Part shown: one piece after another, positions 33,428 through 44,250 of the stretch
How the letters are laid out: each line of letters begins with the position of its first letter
How positions within the stretch are numbered: position 1 is the first letter of the stretch
DNA from: a virus
DNA: 64,000 nucleotides
IMG/VR virus record: IMGVR_UViG_3300025072_002799
Span: 1 to 64,000 of that record
Reading direction: 5' to 3' (one strand)
Program-made: the position numbers and the translations under genes
The notes under the pieces: generated by a model
Database searches by the model: none
Seen by the model: the letters and a program-made list of their open reading frames with translations, nothing else
What the model was told of the DNA's origin: nothing

Positions 33428-35497
33428 ATGGCTAATGTAACAGAACTAAACAACAGGCTTAAGGTGTTGGAAGAAAGACTCCAATCTATGAACACTGACT
33501 TAAGTGCTGTTGTTCAGAGCGAATTCAAAAGAAGATTTAAAACAGATATTCAAAAGCCGATGCAATTTGGCATGTATCGCGCAATGTGCGTTCAAACTAT
33601 AGATCCACTTAAGCAAAACAGAGTTCAATTTTATTCTCCTCTTTGGACAGACGCAGATACGACAATTGATCAATTGCCATTTGCAAATCAAGTAAGCTCA
33701 ATGGGAGGATTTGATGATTGTGGATTAAATTGGGTTCCGCCAGCAAGTTCAACTTTATGTTTAATGTGTGAGGCTGGTGATCGTGATGCAATTTATTACA
33801 TTGGTACAATATGGACAAGAGATCGTGGTCCAGATGGATCTGAATGTAATGGCAATCCTCATAATTTCAATTTTCCGGTGGATGAATATGATTGCATTTG
33901 GGAAGGACACCGGAAAGGGTATTTGGTAGGTCCAAATGACGGATCTCAGATATTCCCGCCTTGGAACACAGAAAACTACAACAACTTTGATTCAGACACA
34001 GAAAGCGACTTTTATGAAGATGAAGCCGCACAAAGAAGCGTTACATGGCCTCACATTTACGGATTTAAAACTCCAGAAAAGCACATGCTTAAAATGGTAG
34101 ATGGAAATGCAAAATGCAATAGAAGATATAAAAGACTTGAATTAATGTCTGGCACTGGGAATTGGTTGATGTTCAAAGATGATCATCTTAGACCGTGCGG
34201 AGAATGGTCAAACACAAACATGGGACCTCCAGAACCTCCTAGATTTGCAGTTAGATGCCAAAACCTAGAAAGAGTAGCCTTAGGCAGTCCTGCCTCATGT
34301 GGCGAATCTGGGGAAGATAAGAGTGAATGTGATTCAAGTACAAACTTCCTTGATTGCGGTCAACCAAAACCAATTCTAGGTGATTGTCAAGCAAGAAGTG
34401 GCGAACAAATTAAAGAGGAAATGAACAAAGGAACAAATCCTTACTTCAAGCACGCCAGCGAATGCAGACCATATCGTGGTCCTGGCACACCATTGAACCC
34501 TAAATGTGCATTGCCGCAAAGTGGTTTTCAAATTCAATCTATCTCTGGTCATAATTTAGTTGCTGATGATTCAGTGGATATGCCAGAGGGATGCCCAGAA
34601 TGGGAAAGGTCTTTAGAATCATTTGGTTTTGGATCAAATGATTTATACAAGGGGAAAACTCATCTTCAGTCTGCTACTGGTCACATACTTGAAATGATGG
34701 ACACAGAAGATACTCCAAGCAACAGAGATAAAGATAATGGAATAAGAATTGAAACTGCTTCTGGCAATAGTATTAAATTAAATGACCATACAACCCCAGA
34801 ATGTACCGCTGGTGATGAGAGAGGAATATTCCTTAAAAGCACAAGCAGCCACACCATAGAAATGACAGATGTTACCGCAAAACAATGCAGCCCTCCAAGA
34901 GCAGACAAGGGACAGCCTGCTCCAACAGCCAAAAGCGACAGAAACTTCATTAAGTTGAGAACTGGATATGGTGTTCAAATTGAAATGAACGACTCCTTTA
35001 CCCAAAAACAAGAAACACAGCAGCAATTTCTTCAGCTTACAACTCCACAATATGATGCTTGTTGCGGTCCTCACTTCCTAAGAATGCAAGAGCTTCCGAA
35101 CTGCGGGTATGTATTTTTACGGGCTGCTGGAGACTATATTAGATCAACTGCTGGTGTGGACATTAATGTTGTTGGTGACAAGGAAGGATGTTTGGGACCA
35201 CAAAATAAATTCACCCTTGTGACAGACAACTTTTTGATTGACACAGATCAAGTTTATTTTAATCACGCTCAATTACACGTATTCTTCTCAGAATCATACA
35301 TATTATTATTAGCGGGAAGAGATTGCGAGGATTCAAATGGTGAGCCAACTCCTTGCATCTACCCCGTTATTGTAGGAAGATGCCCAAAAGTGTGTCCAAT
35401 GACAGGATTTGTTCACTGGACGGAGAAATCCATGAGCATGCGAGTATTCGCATCTGCCGACACTCAAGGACCTGAAGCCGCTGATGGCGGCTGTTAG
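33428..35497 (+). CDS. gp5/Vgr-like baseplate spike
   Basis: OB-fold DP...RV, VP and E.GD...YIG motifs; SGH/SGN beta-helix repeats. Confidence 0.8.
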   Translation: MANVTELNNRLKVLEERLQSMNTDLSAVVQSEFKRRFKTDIQKPMQFGMYRAMCVQTIDPLKQNRVQFYSPLWTDADTTIDQLPFANQVSSMGGFDDCGLNWVPPASSTLCLMCEAGDRDAIYYIGTIWTRDRGPDGSECNGNPHNFNFPVDEYDCIWEGHRKGYLVGPNDGSQIFPPWNTENYNNFDSDTESDFYEDEAAQRSVTWPHIYGFKTPEKHMLKMVDGNAKCNRRYKRLELMSGTGNWLMFKDDHLRPCGEWSNTNMGPPEPPRFAVRCQNLERVALGSPASCGESGEDKSECDSSTNFLDCGQPKPILGDCQARSGEQIKEEMNKGTNPYFKHASECRPYRGPGTPLNPKCALPQSGFQIQSISGHNLVADDSVDMPEGCPEWERSLESFGFGSNDLYKGKTHLQSATGHILEMMDTEDTPSNRDKDNGIRIETASGNSIKLNDHTTPECTAGDERGIFLKSTSSHTIEMTDVTAKQCSPPRADKGQPAPTAKSDRNFIKLRTGYGVQIEMNDSFTQKQETQQQFLQLTTPQYDACCGPHFLRMQELPNCGYVFLRAAGDYIRSTAGVDINVVGDKEGCLGPQNKFTLVTDNFLIDTDQVYFNHAQLHVFFSESYILLLAGRDCEDSNGEPTPCIYPVIVGRCPKVCPMTGFVHWTEKSMSMRVFASADTQGPEAADGGC

Positions 35498-35521
35498 TTA
35501 ATTAATATATTTGGTAAATAA

Positions 35522-35947
35522 ATGGCAAAAAAATTCATTGGTGTTCCTTATCCAATTACTAAAAAACCAAGAGGACTGTTGCAAAGTTCCTCTGGCGTTG
35601 ATCAAATTAAAGCAGATCTTTTGCAATTACTTTTGACCAATCCTGGGGAAAGAGTGATGTTATTGGATTATGGCACTCCTCTAAAGGATCTAATGTTTGA
35701 GCCAAATGATGAAACTGTTCAAATTATGGCCAGAGAAATGATCATTAGAGCGATAGAACTTTGGGAACCACGAATAGCCGTCAATCAAATTGATGTTGGC
35801 GTAGGTCCTGAGTTTAAGGATTCCTTAAATCCTGCTCAAACATCTGATGACGAACTTCATATATTGTTTATTAGAATAAGTTTTTTCGACCCAGAAGAAA
35901 TACAGGAAGTTCAAGAATTAGTATTGCAAGTACCACTTGGAGGATAA
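35522..35947 (+). CDS. gp25-like baseplate wedge
   Basis: LLLTNPGERVM..DYG and WEPRI motifs. Confidence 0.9.
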   Translation: MAKKFIGVPYPITKKPRGLLQSSSGVDQIKADLLQLLLTNPGERVMLLDYGTPLKDLMFEPNDETVQIMAREMIIRAIELWEPRIAVNQIDVGVGPEFKDSLNPAQTSDDELHILFIRISFFDPEEIQEVQELVLQVPLGG

Positions 35948-37495
35948 ATGGCTGCTGATAATAATTGTCCCTTTGACGTAACACCACTAGGACAGTCCGA
36001 ACCTATAGAAAATCAAAATATAGTAAATCTAAATTACACTAATCAAAACTTTTGGTCAATGAAAAGTAGGTTGATTGATTTTATTAGAAATCGTTTTTCA
36101 ACAGATTTCAATGATTTCATTGAATCAGATTTGGCTCTTATGTTGATCGAGTCTTGGTCATTTATAGCAGATACACTCTCTTTCAAAACTGACCAAGTTG
36201 CCAATGAGATTTTCATTGACACCGTAACAGAAATAGAAAATGCCTTCAGACTTTCAAAATTAATGGGTTTTGAACCAACTCCGCCTATAGCAGCAACAAG
36301 TCAATGGAGTGCCGTAATCAATACTCCACTAACTACAGATCTTGTAATTGATGCCCCACTAATCGTAGACGTTGGAAATGTTAAGATAGAGTTATTTCCG
36401 GCAGATGCAAACAATAATCCAATATTTGACGATCCAATTATAATTACAGCAGGAAGCCTAGTTAACGACACAGTTATAGGAGTCGAAGGGAAAACATTTA
36501 CAGATATAGTTACAGGAACCGGAGAGGCAAATCAAACTATTCAGCTAGAGCAATCGCCAGTCATATTTGACTCAATCAGAGTTAGCGTAGACGGAATACC
36601 TTGGGAGCAAGTAGATTATTTCTCTGATTCACAGCCACGTAGAGAATTTAGGGTTGAATTTGATTCAGAATATAATGCTTTTGTTATTTTTGGAAATGAT
36701 ATTGCAGGGCTTTTGCCATCACGAAGTTCTACGATTGAAGCAACATATAGATCTGGTGGTGGCACAGCAGGTAATATTGTTACTGGATTTGCAGCAACAC
36801 AAAGAGGGTTTGATGTTCCAAACGTTCCATTTAGGGTTCCAGTATCATTTAGAAACTTTACCGCTGGCATTGGCGGATATGATGGGGATACCGTTGAAGA
36901 TATTAGAAGAAATCTTCCAAAATTCCTTAGAACACAAGATCGTGCAGTAACAGGGTTGGACTACAAAACATTAGCCGATCTTTTTGCTACTCCATATCAT
37001 GGTCAAGTTGGAAAGTCTACCGCTGTTTTAAGAAATCATGGGTGTGCTGGCAATGTTATTGATTTGTACATTTTGGCACGAGAAGGAGAAAACGGATTAG
37101 TCGAAGCTGGGAATGATCTAAAAGAAGATCTTGCCGATGAACTAGATGTTAAGAAAATGTTTACAGACTTTGTTTGCATCAGAAATGGAGAAGTGATTTT
37201 GTCCGATGTAAACATTGATGTTACTGTAAACAGGTTGCATAGAAACTTTGAAGATGAATTAAGAGAAAGGATTGACCGTCGCATAGATGGATTTTTCAAT
37301 TTAAATTCATGGGAATTCGGAGACAACCTAAAAGAAGCAGACATCATCAAAGCACTTTCTGATATGCGAGAACTAAGTGAAATTGATGTGACATTTACCA
37401 CTGATGACGAGGATAATTCTGGGGACATTGTTGTTGCCAGATACTTTGAAATAATAAGACCTGACACTGTTACAATAACATTTAATTTTGAATAA
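35948..37495 (+). CDS. gp6/baseplate J-like wedge
   Basis: DFNDFIESD, GGG..GN and QDRAVT..DY motifs. Confidence 0.9.
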   Translation: MAADNNCPFDVTPLGQSEPIENQNIVNLNYTNQNFWSMKSRLIDFIRNRFSTDFNDFIESDLALMLIESWSFIADTLSFKTDQVANEIFIDTVTEIENAFRLSKLMGFEPTPPIAATSQWSAVINTPLTTDLVIDAPLIVDVGNVKIELFPADANNNPIFDDPIIITAGSLVNDTVIGVEGKTFTDIVTGTGEANQTIQLEQSPVIFDSIRVSVDGIPWEQVDYFSDSQPRREFRVEFDSEYNAFVIFGNDIAGLLPSRSSTIEATYRSGGGTAGNIVTGFAATQRGFDVPNVPFRVPVSFRNFTAGIGGYDGDTVEDIRRNLPKFLRTQDRAVTGLDYKTLADLFATPYHGQVGKSTAVLRNHGCAGNVIDLYILAREGENGLVEAGNDLKEDLADELDVKKMFTDFVCIRNGEVILSDVNIDVTVNRLHRNFEDELRERIDRRIDGFFNLNSWEFGDNLKEADIIKALSDMRELSEIDVTFTTDDEDNSGDIVVARYFEIIRPDTVTITFNFE

Positions 37496-40400
37496 TGGCT
37501 GATAAAAGAATAAACGAAAATCCGAAAAATACGGATACAGTAATTTTACAATTCAAAACTCCAGTTGATAACTGTTTTTTGGAAAATCCATACAAAGTGG
37601 ATGATGTAAAAATATACTTTGTTTCTAAGGACTTTACCGCAACAAACGCACAAGCATTTGATAAGCGAATACCAGATGAAACATTAGTGGAGGTTGCAGA
37701 AGCGGCAGAAGAGGCTTCTTGTGCTGATCCAGGCAATGAAGAATTGGAGTCCGAAGCAATAAAAAGGCGAAGTGAGGCTGATGCATCAGGAACAGTAAGT
37801 CAATTTTATTTCAACAATGCAGAAGCAGTAAAAGTTATTGGCAATTCTGTAAGACCAGCGTGGCTTTCTACTGGATCTGACGAAGACAATCAATTGATAT
37901 TGATTGACGAAGACGAAGATGGAAACACTCAATTTGGACACTTTGAATATCATTGGCAATCAAATGGTCAGGCTCGCCCTGGCGATTATTTCGTTTGTTG
38001 GAAATGGACCCCTCATATAGCTGGGGATAAGTGCAGTGACTTTTTTCACTTCACACTTCATGGAGACACATTACAAAGTACCGCTATACCAACCCATAGC
38101 ACTGATCCAGAAAAATATTCTACATTATTAAAAAACTACACCCCAACCATGTATTCGCAAATAATTTGCGACAATGACAAAACACCAGAAACAATAGAGA
38201 GGCTTAACAATTCTGTTGCAGATGGATTTACATTCATAGAAGACTTCACAAATCAAATGATTGATTTGTTAGACGCAAATGCTACCGAAACTGCGCTTCT
38301 CCCACTTCTAGCCAATCAATTTAATGTAAAGCTAAAAGGAAATGATGTAACTCGTTGGAGAAGGCAAATCAAAAACTCAGTCCCGTTGTATAAAAAGAAA
38401 GGAACAAAAGGCGGATTAGAAGAGGCATTTGATCAAGCTGGAATGAAATTGACAAAATGTACTGCTCTATGGCAAATTGTGTCACAATCAACATATTGTG
38501 AATCCTTTTTTGTAGAAGAAGACCAAACTGTGTTTGTTCTCGCCAACACTCCAATAGATCCAACTGTCACCGATACAGATAATTTTGCATTGTCCATTAG
38601 ACTTGATGGCACAACAGAGTTTTTAGATTTAACATCTGACTTTGTTACTTTTGGGACAAATGATGAAGGAGATCCTATCATGACATGGGTTGGCGATTCA
38701 CTGTCCGTTGACCCAATTATATTAGAAACGGACGACATTGTAAAAGTCCTTTACAAAATAGCCGAACCTGATAGTCAGTCTGTGGAAGATTACATTAGAG
38801 CATTAGATCTAATGGATCAAAAAGACGTTTCTATAGTGTATCCTCCCAAAAATTGGAATGTAAGAGTCCTAGAAGAAGACGATCCACTTTTCAGTGTTTT
38901 AATTCCAAGCGTTCACCCTTACGCAGATCCTATTGTTTGGGGACAAATTAGAACAGAGTTTCCGTTTTCGGAAAACCTTTACAATATGGAAGAATACAAT
39001 GGTAGCAAAAGGAACTCTAATGACCCATGCAACATTGATAAAGCCTTTGTAGACGAATGCAGTGCTTGTCGTAGTAGCAAATACATATTGGATGTAGAAA
39101 TAGATGACCTTACTGATGATAGAATATTAGAAGTCACTGACATTGCCGAAGAATATGCTCCATTCCATGCAGTTTTGCATAGAATTAACTTTACAGGGGC
39201 AATTAATGAATTTATAGGACCTCCAATTGAAGACATTTCCATTCTCGTGTACTGGAGCATTGAACAAACGGTTCTTTCCGCAAATGGCGCACAGACGATT
39301 TTCAGCAGATCTATGGACGACCCTCACAACCCTGATGTGCAGGTATTTAGAGGCGACCCAAGTGATGGAAACAGGTATTTAACAGAAAACTTTGAAGTGG
39401 CTGCAAGTGCATCAGGAGAAGACGCACAGAACATAGACATCGTTTTGTATTCTCCAGATCAAGACTTCACACTTAATGAAATTGATTTGGATTATTCCGC
39501 TACAGCCTATCCTCCACACACTTCTCATAACGTTGTAGAAATACTTTCTCCACACACACATTCGGGCGTTTATTTTGATGCATTGTCCGATCCTGGGCGT
39601 AATTTAATTAAATTCACTGGAGTCTCAGAGCCAATTACAACGTCAGAATTCACATACAACCTATCAAGTGTAATTTATGACAATGGTGGTGGTGCCACAT
39701 TAGTGAAAGACAATCTTTATATGCTATCAGATGAGAATTTAGATTTCTCTGATGTAAAAACTCAATGGGACGTAGACAATTCGCCGGAATACTCTGGCGG
39801 TGCTTGGCAAGTTTCAATTCTTGCATATTCTGCCACAGCTTACGACATTCAAGAAATCCTTCCAGATGGGTCGTTGCTTTTAGTAGACCATACACCTGGA
39901 AGCCTGCCATCCAGCGATACATCATCAGTGAGTTACGATTTATTAGATGACTCAGCAATGACCATTGATACAAGTTCAACTGGAGAAATGGAAGTAAAGT
40001 TAAGAGCAAGAGTTGAATTGGTCGATGCAACAATTGAAGACATTAGAAAGTATGTGAAGCCTGGGAACAATATGGCTTATCCAACAAGCGGAGATCCACT
40101 CCTTCAATATGAGGTTTTGGGATATGTGGAAGGAGAAACCAAACAATTCTATGTTTTGTCAGACTCAACATTAGACGCTGCTTTAGCCCCATCTGTTGGA
40201 AGTGTGACAATTTCAGTATTAAATAGAATCATTGATGGAAAAGCCGGGAGCCTAAATCACAGAGGTCACAAATTAACGACAACTGTTGACTACGAAAGTT
40301 CACTGGCAGTTATGAATGGATCAAATCCTCCTGGCACAGTGCTGGAAAGCAATGATTTCATGGAGAATTATTTAGCTGAAATCACAACCGGAAGTGAAGT

Positions 40401-40770
40401 AGATTACTATTCTATTAGTGGGTGGGACGGAACTGAAATTACCCTAATAGGACCTTTTAATTCTTGGGGAACAACCGCATCTGCAAACGTAGATATTCGT
40501 TTATTGAGATTTGTCAAAGTGGAAGACGTAGATATACCAGAGTCTCCTAGTTATGCAACACAGCCTGGGCATGTATTTGATTACATAGATCGTCGAGGAA
40601 ATGAGGTCATTACAATAACTGAGGAAGCTGCCGCTACTTATGTCCCAATGGATATGTTAGCAAAAGAATTAAACGCATCTGGTAGAGATCAGGTGGTAGA
40701 CGTAACTGGCCAACACGAAGATATACAAATGAGTATCGAATGGGCTACAAAGGAAAACAAAAATGATTGA
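37495..40770 (+). CDS. gp7/P2 gpI-like baseplate wedge with a large extension
   Basis: LLPLLA.QF...WRRQI...YKKKGT..GL motif. Confidence 0.75.
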   Translation: MADKRINENPKNTDTVILQFKTPVDNCFLENPYKVDDVKIYFVSKDFTATNAQAFDKRIPDETLVEVAEAAEEASCADPGNEELESEAIKRRSEADASGTVSQFYFNNAEAVKVIGNSVRPAWLSTGSDEDNQLILIDEDEDGNTQFGHFEYHWQSNGQARPGDYFVCWKWTPHIAGDKCSDFFHFTLHGDTLQSTAIPTHSTDPEKYSTLLKNYTPTMYSQIICDNDKTPETIERLNNSVADGFTFIEDFTNQMIDLLDANATETALLPLLANQFNVKLKGNDVTRWRRQIKNSVPLYKKKGTKGGLEEAFDQAGMKLTKCTALWQIVSQSTYCESFFVEEDQTVFVLANTPIDPTVTDTDNFALSIRLDGTTEFLDLTSDFVTFGTNDEGDPIMTWVGDSLSVDPIILETDDIVKVLYKIAEPDSQSVEDYIRALDLMDQKDVSIVYPPKNWNVRVLEEDDPLFSVLIPSVHPYADPIVWGQIRTEFPFSENLYNMEEYNGSKRNSNDPCNIDKAFVDECSACRSSKYILDVEIDDLTDDRILEVTDIAEEYAPFHAVLHRINFTGAINEFIGPPIEDISILVYWSIEQTVLSANGAQTIFSRSMDDPHNPDVQVFRGDPSDGNRYLTENFEVAASASGEDAQNIDIVLYSPDQDFTLNEIDLDYSATAYPPHTSHNVVEILSPHTHSGVYFDALSDPGRNLIKFTGVSEPITTSEFTYNLSSVIYDNGGGATLVKDNLYMLSDENLDFSDVKTQWDVDNSPEYSGGAWQVSILAYSATAYDIQEILPDGSLLLVDHTPGSLPSSDTSSVSYDLLDDSAMTIDTSSTGEMEVKLRARVELVDATIEDIRKYVKPGNNMAYPTSGDPLLQYEVLGYVEGETKQFYVLSDSTLDAALAPSVGSVTISVLNRIIDGKAGSLNHRGHKLTTTVDYESSLAVMNGSNPPGTVLESNDFMENYLAEITTGSEVDYYSISGWDGTEITLIGPFNSWGTTASANVDIRLLRFVKVEDVDIPESPSYATQPGHVFDYIDRRGNEVITITEEAAATYVPMDMLAKELNASGRDQVVDVTGQHEDIQMSIEWATKENKND

Positions 40771-41239
40771 AAGTAAAATTAAGCCTAAAGGCGATATTGA
40801 ACTTGTTATTGAATATAAAAATACGCCCCAAAAAGAAGTCATAACCTTCCATAATGCAATTTTAGACACTGGAAGAGAGGCTTTGGCAAAAGTATTGGCT
40901 AATGAAGTCGGAGATGTATTTGAACTATACATAAGCAGATTGCTTTTTGGAAACGGAGGAACTGTCGGAGGAGTGCCACAAGTGGTAAACTCTAACCGAA
41001 CTGGTTTATTTGGCACGACAGTGGCAAATAAATCTGCGTCCTCTAATATTGATCAAAATGCTCCTTCTCAGGTTATTTTCAGTTCTGTATTAAAATTTGA
41101 CGATGCTAATGGGGAAGATATTAACGAAATAGCATTGCAGCTTGCTAATGGTGATCTTTACAGCATGGCAACGTTTGCTGGCGTGAGTAAGACTAGCGAC
41201 ATGCAGGTCACGTTTGGGTGGCGTCTCTCATTCGTCTGA
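40763..41239 (+). CDS. baseplate/tail-fibre attachment protein
   Basis: HN.I...G, FG.GG, INEIAL and KT...W.L pattern. Confidence 0.65.
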   Translation: MIESKIKPKGDIELVIEYKNTPQKEVITFHNAILDTGREALAKVLANEVGDVFELYISRLLFGNGGTVGGVPQVVNSNRTGLFGTTVANKSASSNIDQNAPSQVIFSSVLKFDDANGEDINEIALQLANGDLYSMATFAGVSKTSDMQVTFGWRLSFV

Positions 41240-41306
41240 AAAATATTGACCAAATTTTTGAAACTTAACTATATTATATTATACAACCTAAAACAAGGAT
41301 TTTATA

Positions 41307-42296
41307 ATGTTAAGTCAAAGACAAGAAGAAATTATTACTGGGTCACTGCTAGGAGATGGAACTATATGGACAAATTTTGTTGATCCACTAATGAAATTTC
41401 AATTGTCACAATCTAAAAAAGATTATGTGGGAGTGGATAAAAAACAATACATGGGCTGGTTTGTTTCAGAATTTATGGAAATAGGATGTTCCGTTAGACC
41501 AAAAAAAGTATACCCTGGTGGTGTAATAAAAGACAAAAACAAGGAATATCATCAATATGTATTCACGACAAAATGCAATGAGTTTTGGTGCAATTTAGAG
41601 AAAGAATGGTATGTTCCTAGAGGTGATCATTGGTTTTTCAAAAGAAGAAAAATTGTTCCCAATAACATTAAATTAACACCATTGACTCTATGCATATGGC
41701 ACATGGAAGATGGATCAAGTGACGCAAAAAGTGCCAATATGACGTTAGAGACTCAAAGTTTTACGGAAATTGAAGTTGAATTTTTGATTGAAAAACTAAA
41801 ACAAGATCTTGGAATTGATGCAAATAAGAAGAAAGCAAGAAACGGACAGTTTAGAATTTACATTGGTCGTAATAATTATTTCAAATTCATTGAAATAATT
41901 AAGCCTTTTGTCGAATGGGACTGTTTTCAATACAAAATAGACACTGAAACGTATGATAAAAAGCCTCATCGTGGAGAAGATCATTCAATGTCTAAGCTGA
42001 ATGAAGAAAAAATTAAGAAGATGTTTGAATTGAGAAAACAAGGAATGGAACACAAAGATATAGCCAAACAATTCAACATTACACCTGCCAATGTATCGTT
42101 AATACTGTCTGGGGACAGATGGAGTCATTTAGGGATTGAGCCAATCAAGGTATTAAGAAAACCAAGATTGTCAAAAGAAGGTAAAAAAGAAATAATAAAA
42201 CTCCACGAACAAGGTCTTGAACAACTAGAAATATCAAAAATCATGGATTGTCATCAAACTACTGTATCCAGAACACTGAGTGGCAAGCATAAATAA
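41307..42296 (+). CDS. free-standing LAGLIDADG homing endonuclease with C-terminal HTHs
   Basis: ITGSLLGDG and WHMEDGS motifs; IAKQFNIT..NVS and ISKIMDCHQTTVSR HTHs. Confidence 0.85.
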   Translation: MLSQRQEEIITGSLLGDGTIWTNFVDPLMKFQLSQSKKDYVGVDKKQYMGWFVSEFMEIGCSVRPKKVYPGGVIKDKNKEYHQYVFTTKCNEFWCNLEKEWYVPRGDHWFFKRRKIVPNNIKLTPLTLCIWHMEDGSSDAKSANMTLETQSFTEIEVEFLIEKLKQDLGIDANKKKARNGQFRIYIGRNNYFKFIEIIKPFVEWDCFQYKIDTETYDKKPHRGEDHSMSKLNEEKIKKMFELRKQGMEHKDIAKQFNITPANVSLILSGDRWSHLGIEPIKVLRKPRLSKEGKKEIIKLHEQGLEQLEISKIMDCHQTTVSRTLSGKHK

Positions 42297-42317
42297 TGTT
42301 CAAGGAGAAACAGCACA

Positions 42318-43127
42318 ATGCCTAATATTGAATCAGTACCACAAGTATATTACGAACCGCTCCACGTATACCATTATGAATTTGACAATTTGCCTTTGCG
42401 CAACATCATATTCAGACAGCAAATTATAAATAGTGCTCTAGACCTGCAAATATCAGATATGTCAGCAGCTAGAGGCGATGCGGGCACATTAGAGAATCGT
42501 CTTGCACAATCTCTTAACGATTCAGGGCAATTAAAAGATACTGCCATTGATTTAGCTTTGCACAACATTGCAAGCCATACAGATGGAAGCATTGATATAA
42601 GTGGAACTCCTGTCAGCTTCGTTAGGATGCTTGATGACGAAAGAGACAAGCTTGCACTTATTACAGATGAAGCAACAAATTTTTCATTGAGATTTGAAAC
42701 TGTCGGTCCTAGTTTGACCCCAGTTACATTTGATGATGGCATTTTGCCAATTGAAGATTCCAGCACGGTTACGTGGAGGTTGGATTCAGGTGGTTCGATT
42801 TTAGCTGATATGGTTTTTCCAACTTCAGCCGCACACCAGCATGTTTACGATGCTGAAGCAATAAGTGCGAGTCTTTCCTCCCCTGATTATACTAATTATA
42901 AGTCAACCTCAATTTCAACAGCATACGTAGAGGACAGCCTTCGGGTTTACATAAATGGATCACGTTTGAGTCAGGACGAGTTAATTTACGCTCCTGGCCC
43001 CACACCAACAGACGATTTCGTTCTTATTGGCTACACGGAAAGCCCTTCAGCAGGAACGTTCGTTCTAACCACAGCTATTACGGCTAGTGACGTGATTCGA
43101 ATTGATTTTGATATAGCTTTAGCATGA
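42318..43127 (+). CDS. virion structural protein
   Basis: DNLPL and LRVYING motifs; acidic; AGGAG SD. Confidence 0.65.
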   Translation: MPNIESVPQVYYEPLHVYHYEFDNLPLRNIIFRQQIINSALDLQISDMSAARGDAGTLENRLAQSLNDSGQLKDTAIDLALHNIASHTDGSIDISGTPVSFVRMLDDERDKLALITDEATNFSLRFETVGPSLTPVTFDDGILPIEDSSTVTWRLDSGGSILADMVFPTSAAHQHVYDAEAISASLSSPDYTNYKSTSISTAYVEDSLRVYINGSRLSQDELIYAPGPTPTDDFVLIGYTESPSAGTFVLTTAITASDVIRIDFDIALA

Positions 43128-43660
43128 TTTTTTATCCCAAAGACCTGGATGCAGGCTTTGTGATACTTTGCTTAGACGGGAATTCTGGTTATTTAGAACA
43201 TACCCTGAAATCTATACGATTTAGGTATGGAGATATTCCCTGCATTGCAATAGTGGAACAAGGGACATCCAAAAAACAAATAAAAAGAATGGAAGAACTG
43301 TGCCCAATTTATAGGGGCAAAAACACTGTAACTTCCTTAATCAATACCGGAATGAGAAACAGCGACAATGGATGGAATATGTTCCTTGTTGCTGGCGTCT
43401 GGCTAGGCGGAACTGAAATTAAAAGGATGTCTATTTTTGTGGAAAGCGAAAAAGACATTCTTTTCCCAGTAATTGACAAAGCGTTTAATTGGGAAAACTC
43501 TACCTTAAATGGGCTTTTGATGCACAAGACTTCTTTCAAAGAAGTTGGTCCATTTATAGACAACAATACTCCTTTAGATATGTGCAAGTTTATTTGGGGA
43601 GTGGAAGCTGAACAGCGAGGATGTAAATTTAAGTCCGTATTAGGACCTAAAATAATTTAG
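43124..43660 (+). CDS. degenerate GT-A glycosyltransferase-like protein
   Basis: LEHTLKSI and INTG motifs; GT2-like layout without DxD. Confidence 0.45.
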   Translation: MIFYPKDLDAGFVILCLDGNSGYLEHTLKSIRFRYGDIPCIAIVEQGTSKKQIKRMEELCPIYRGKNTVTSLINTGMRNSDNGWNMFLVAGVWLGGTEIKRMSIFVESEKDILFPVIDKAFNWENSTLNGLLMHKTSFKEVGPFIDNNTPLDMCKFIWGVEAEQRGCKFKSVLGPKII

Positions 43661-43671
43661 GAATAAATAAT

Positions 43672-44250
43672 ATGATTAATGAGTTTTTTAACTATCTGTT
43701 TAAAAACAACGATGATATAAATGAATCGCACAAAGATGCTGTTGAGTGCAAAAAAACTGGGATGGGAATTGGCGTACTTCCTGGTCCAGTTGAACGCAAG
43801 CACAGACACAGATGGACCTATACATGGCTTGACAAAGAAACCAAAGAACAAATTGTGTCTCCACAATTTGTTGAATTAACCGCAAGACCAAGCATGCGAT
43901 TTGAAGAAACAGAACTTAATTATTTGTCAGACAAATCAGAAAAATCATGGGTTCCTGGCAAAGCAACTTGGGACAAATTGACAATCAAGTACATAAACTG
44001 CGACAATGAATTGCAGGATGGTTTAAACGATGTATTTAATGAATGTTTTTATCCCGCCAATGATACATCAATGAAAACTCACGAAGGGTCATTACAATTA
44101 TGGGATAACGGTGGAAACCTACTTGAATCTTGGAAATTAAAAAATGCATTCCCTCAGGATATTTCATGGGAATTCAACATGGAAATTGGAAGTGTAGAAG
44201 TCGGAATTAGATTTAGTGACTCAGAATACAAAGCAGGTAATGATGAATAA
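43672..44250 (+). CDS. T4 gp19-like tail tube paralogue 1
   Basis: RP...EETELN, W.PGK.TW and LQLWD.GG..ESW.LKNAFP motifs. Confidence 0.75.
   Translation: MINEFFNYLFKNNDDINESHKDAVECKKTGMGIGVLPGPVERKHRHRWTYTWLDKETKEQIVSPQFVELTARPSMRFEETELNYLSDKSEKSWVPGKATWDKLTIKYINCDNELQDGLNDVFNECFYPANDTSMKTHEGSLQLWDNGGNLLESWKLKNAFPQDISWEFNMEIGSVEVGIRFSDSEYKAGNDE

Noticed and set aside
41240-42317. Group I intron hosting the LAGLIDADG ORF
   Set aside because: Flanks are too short for an intron core and neighbouring genes appear complete.
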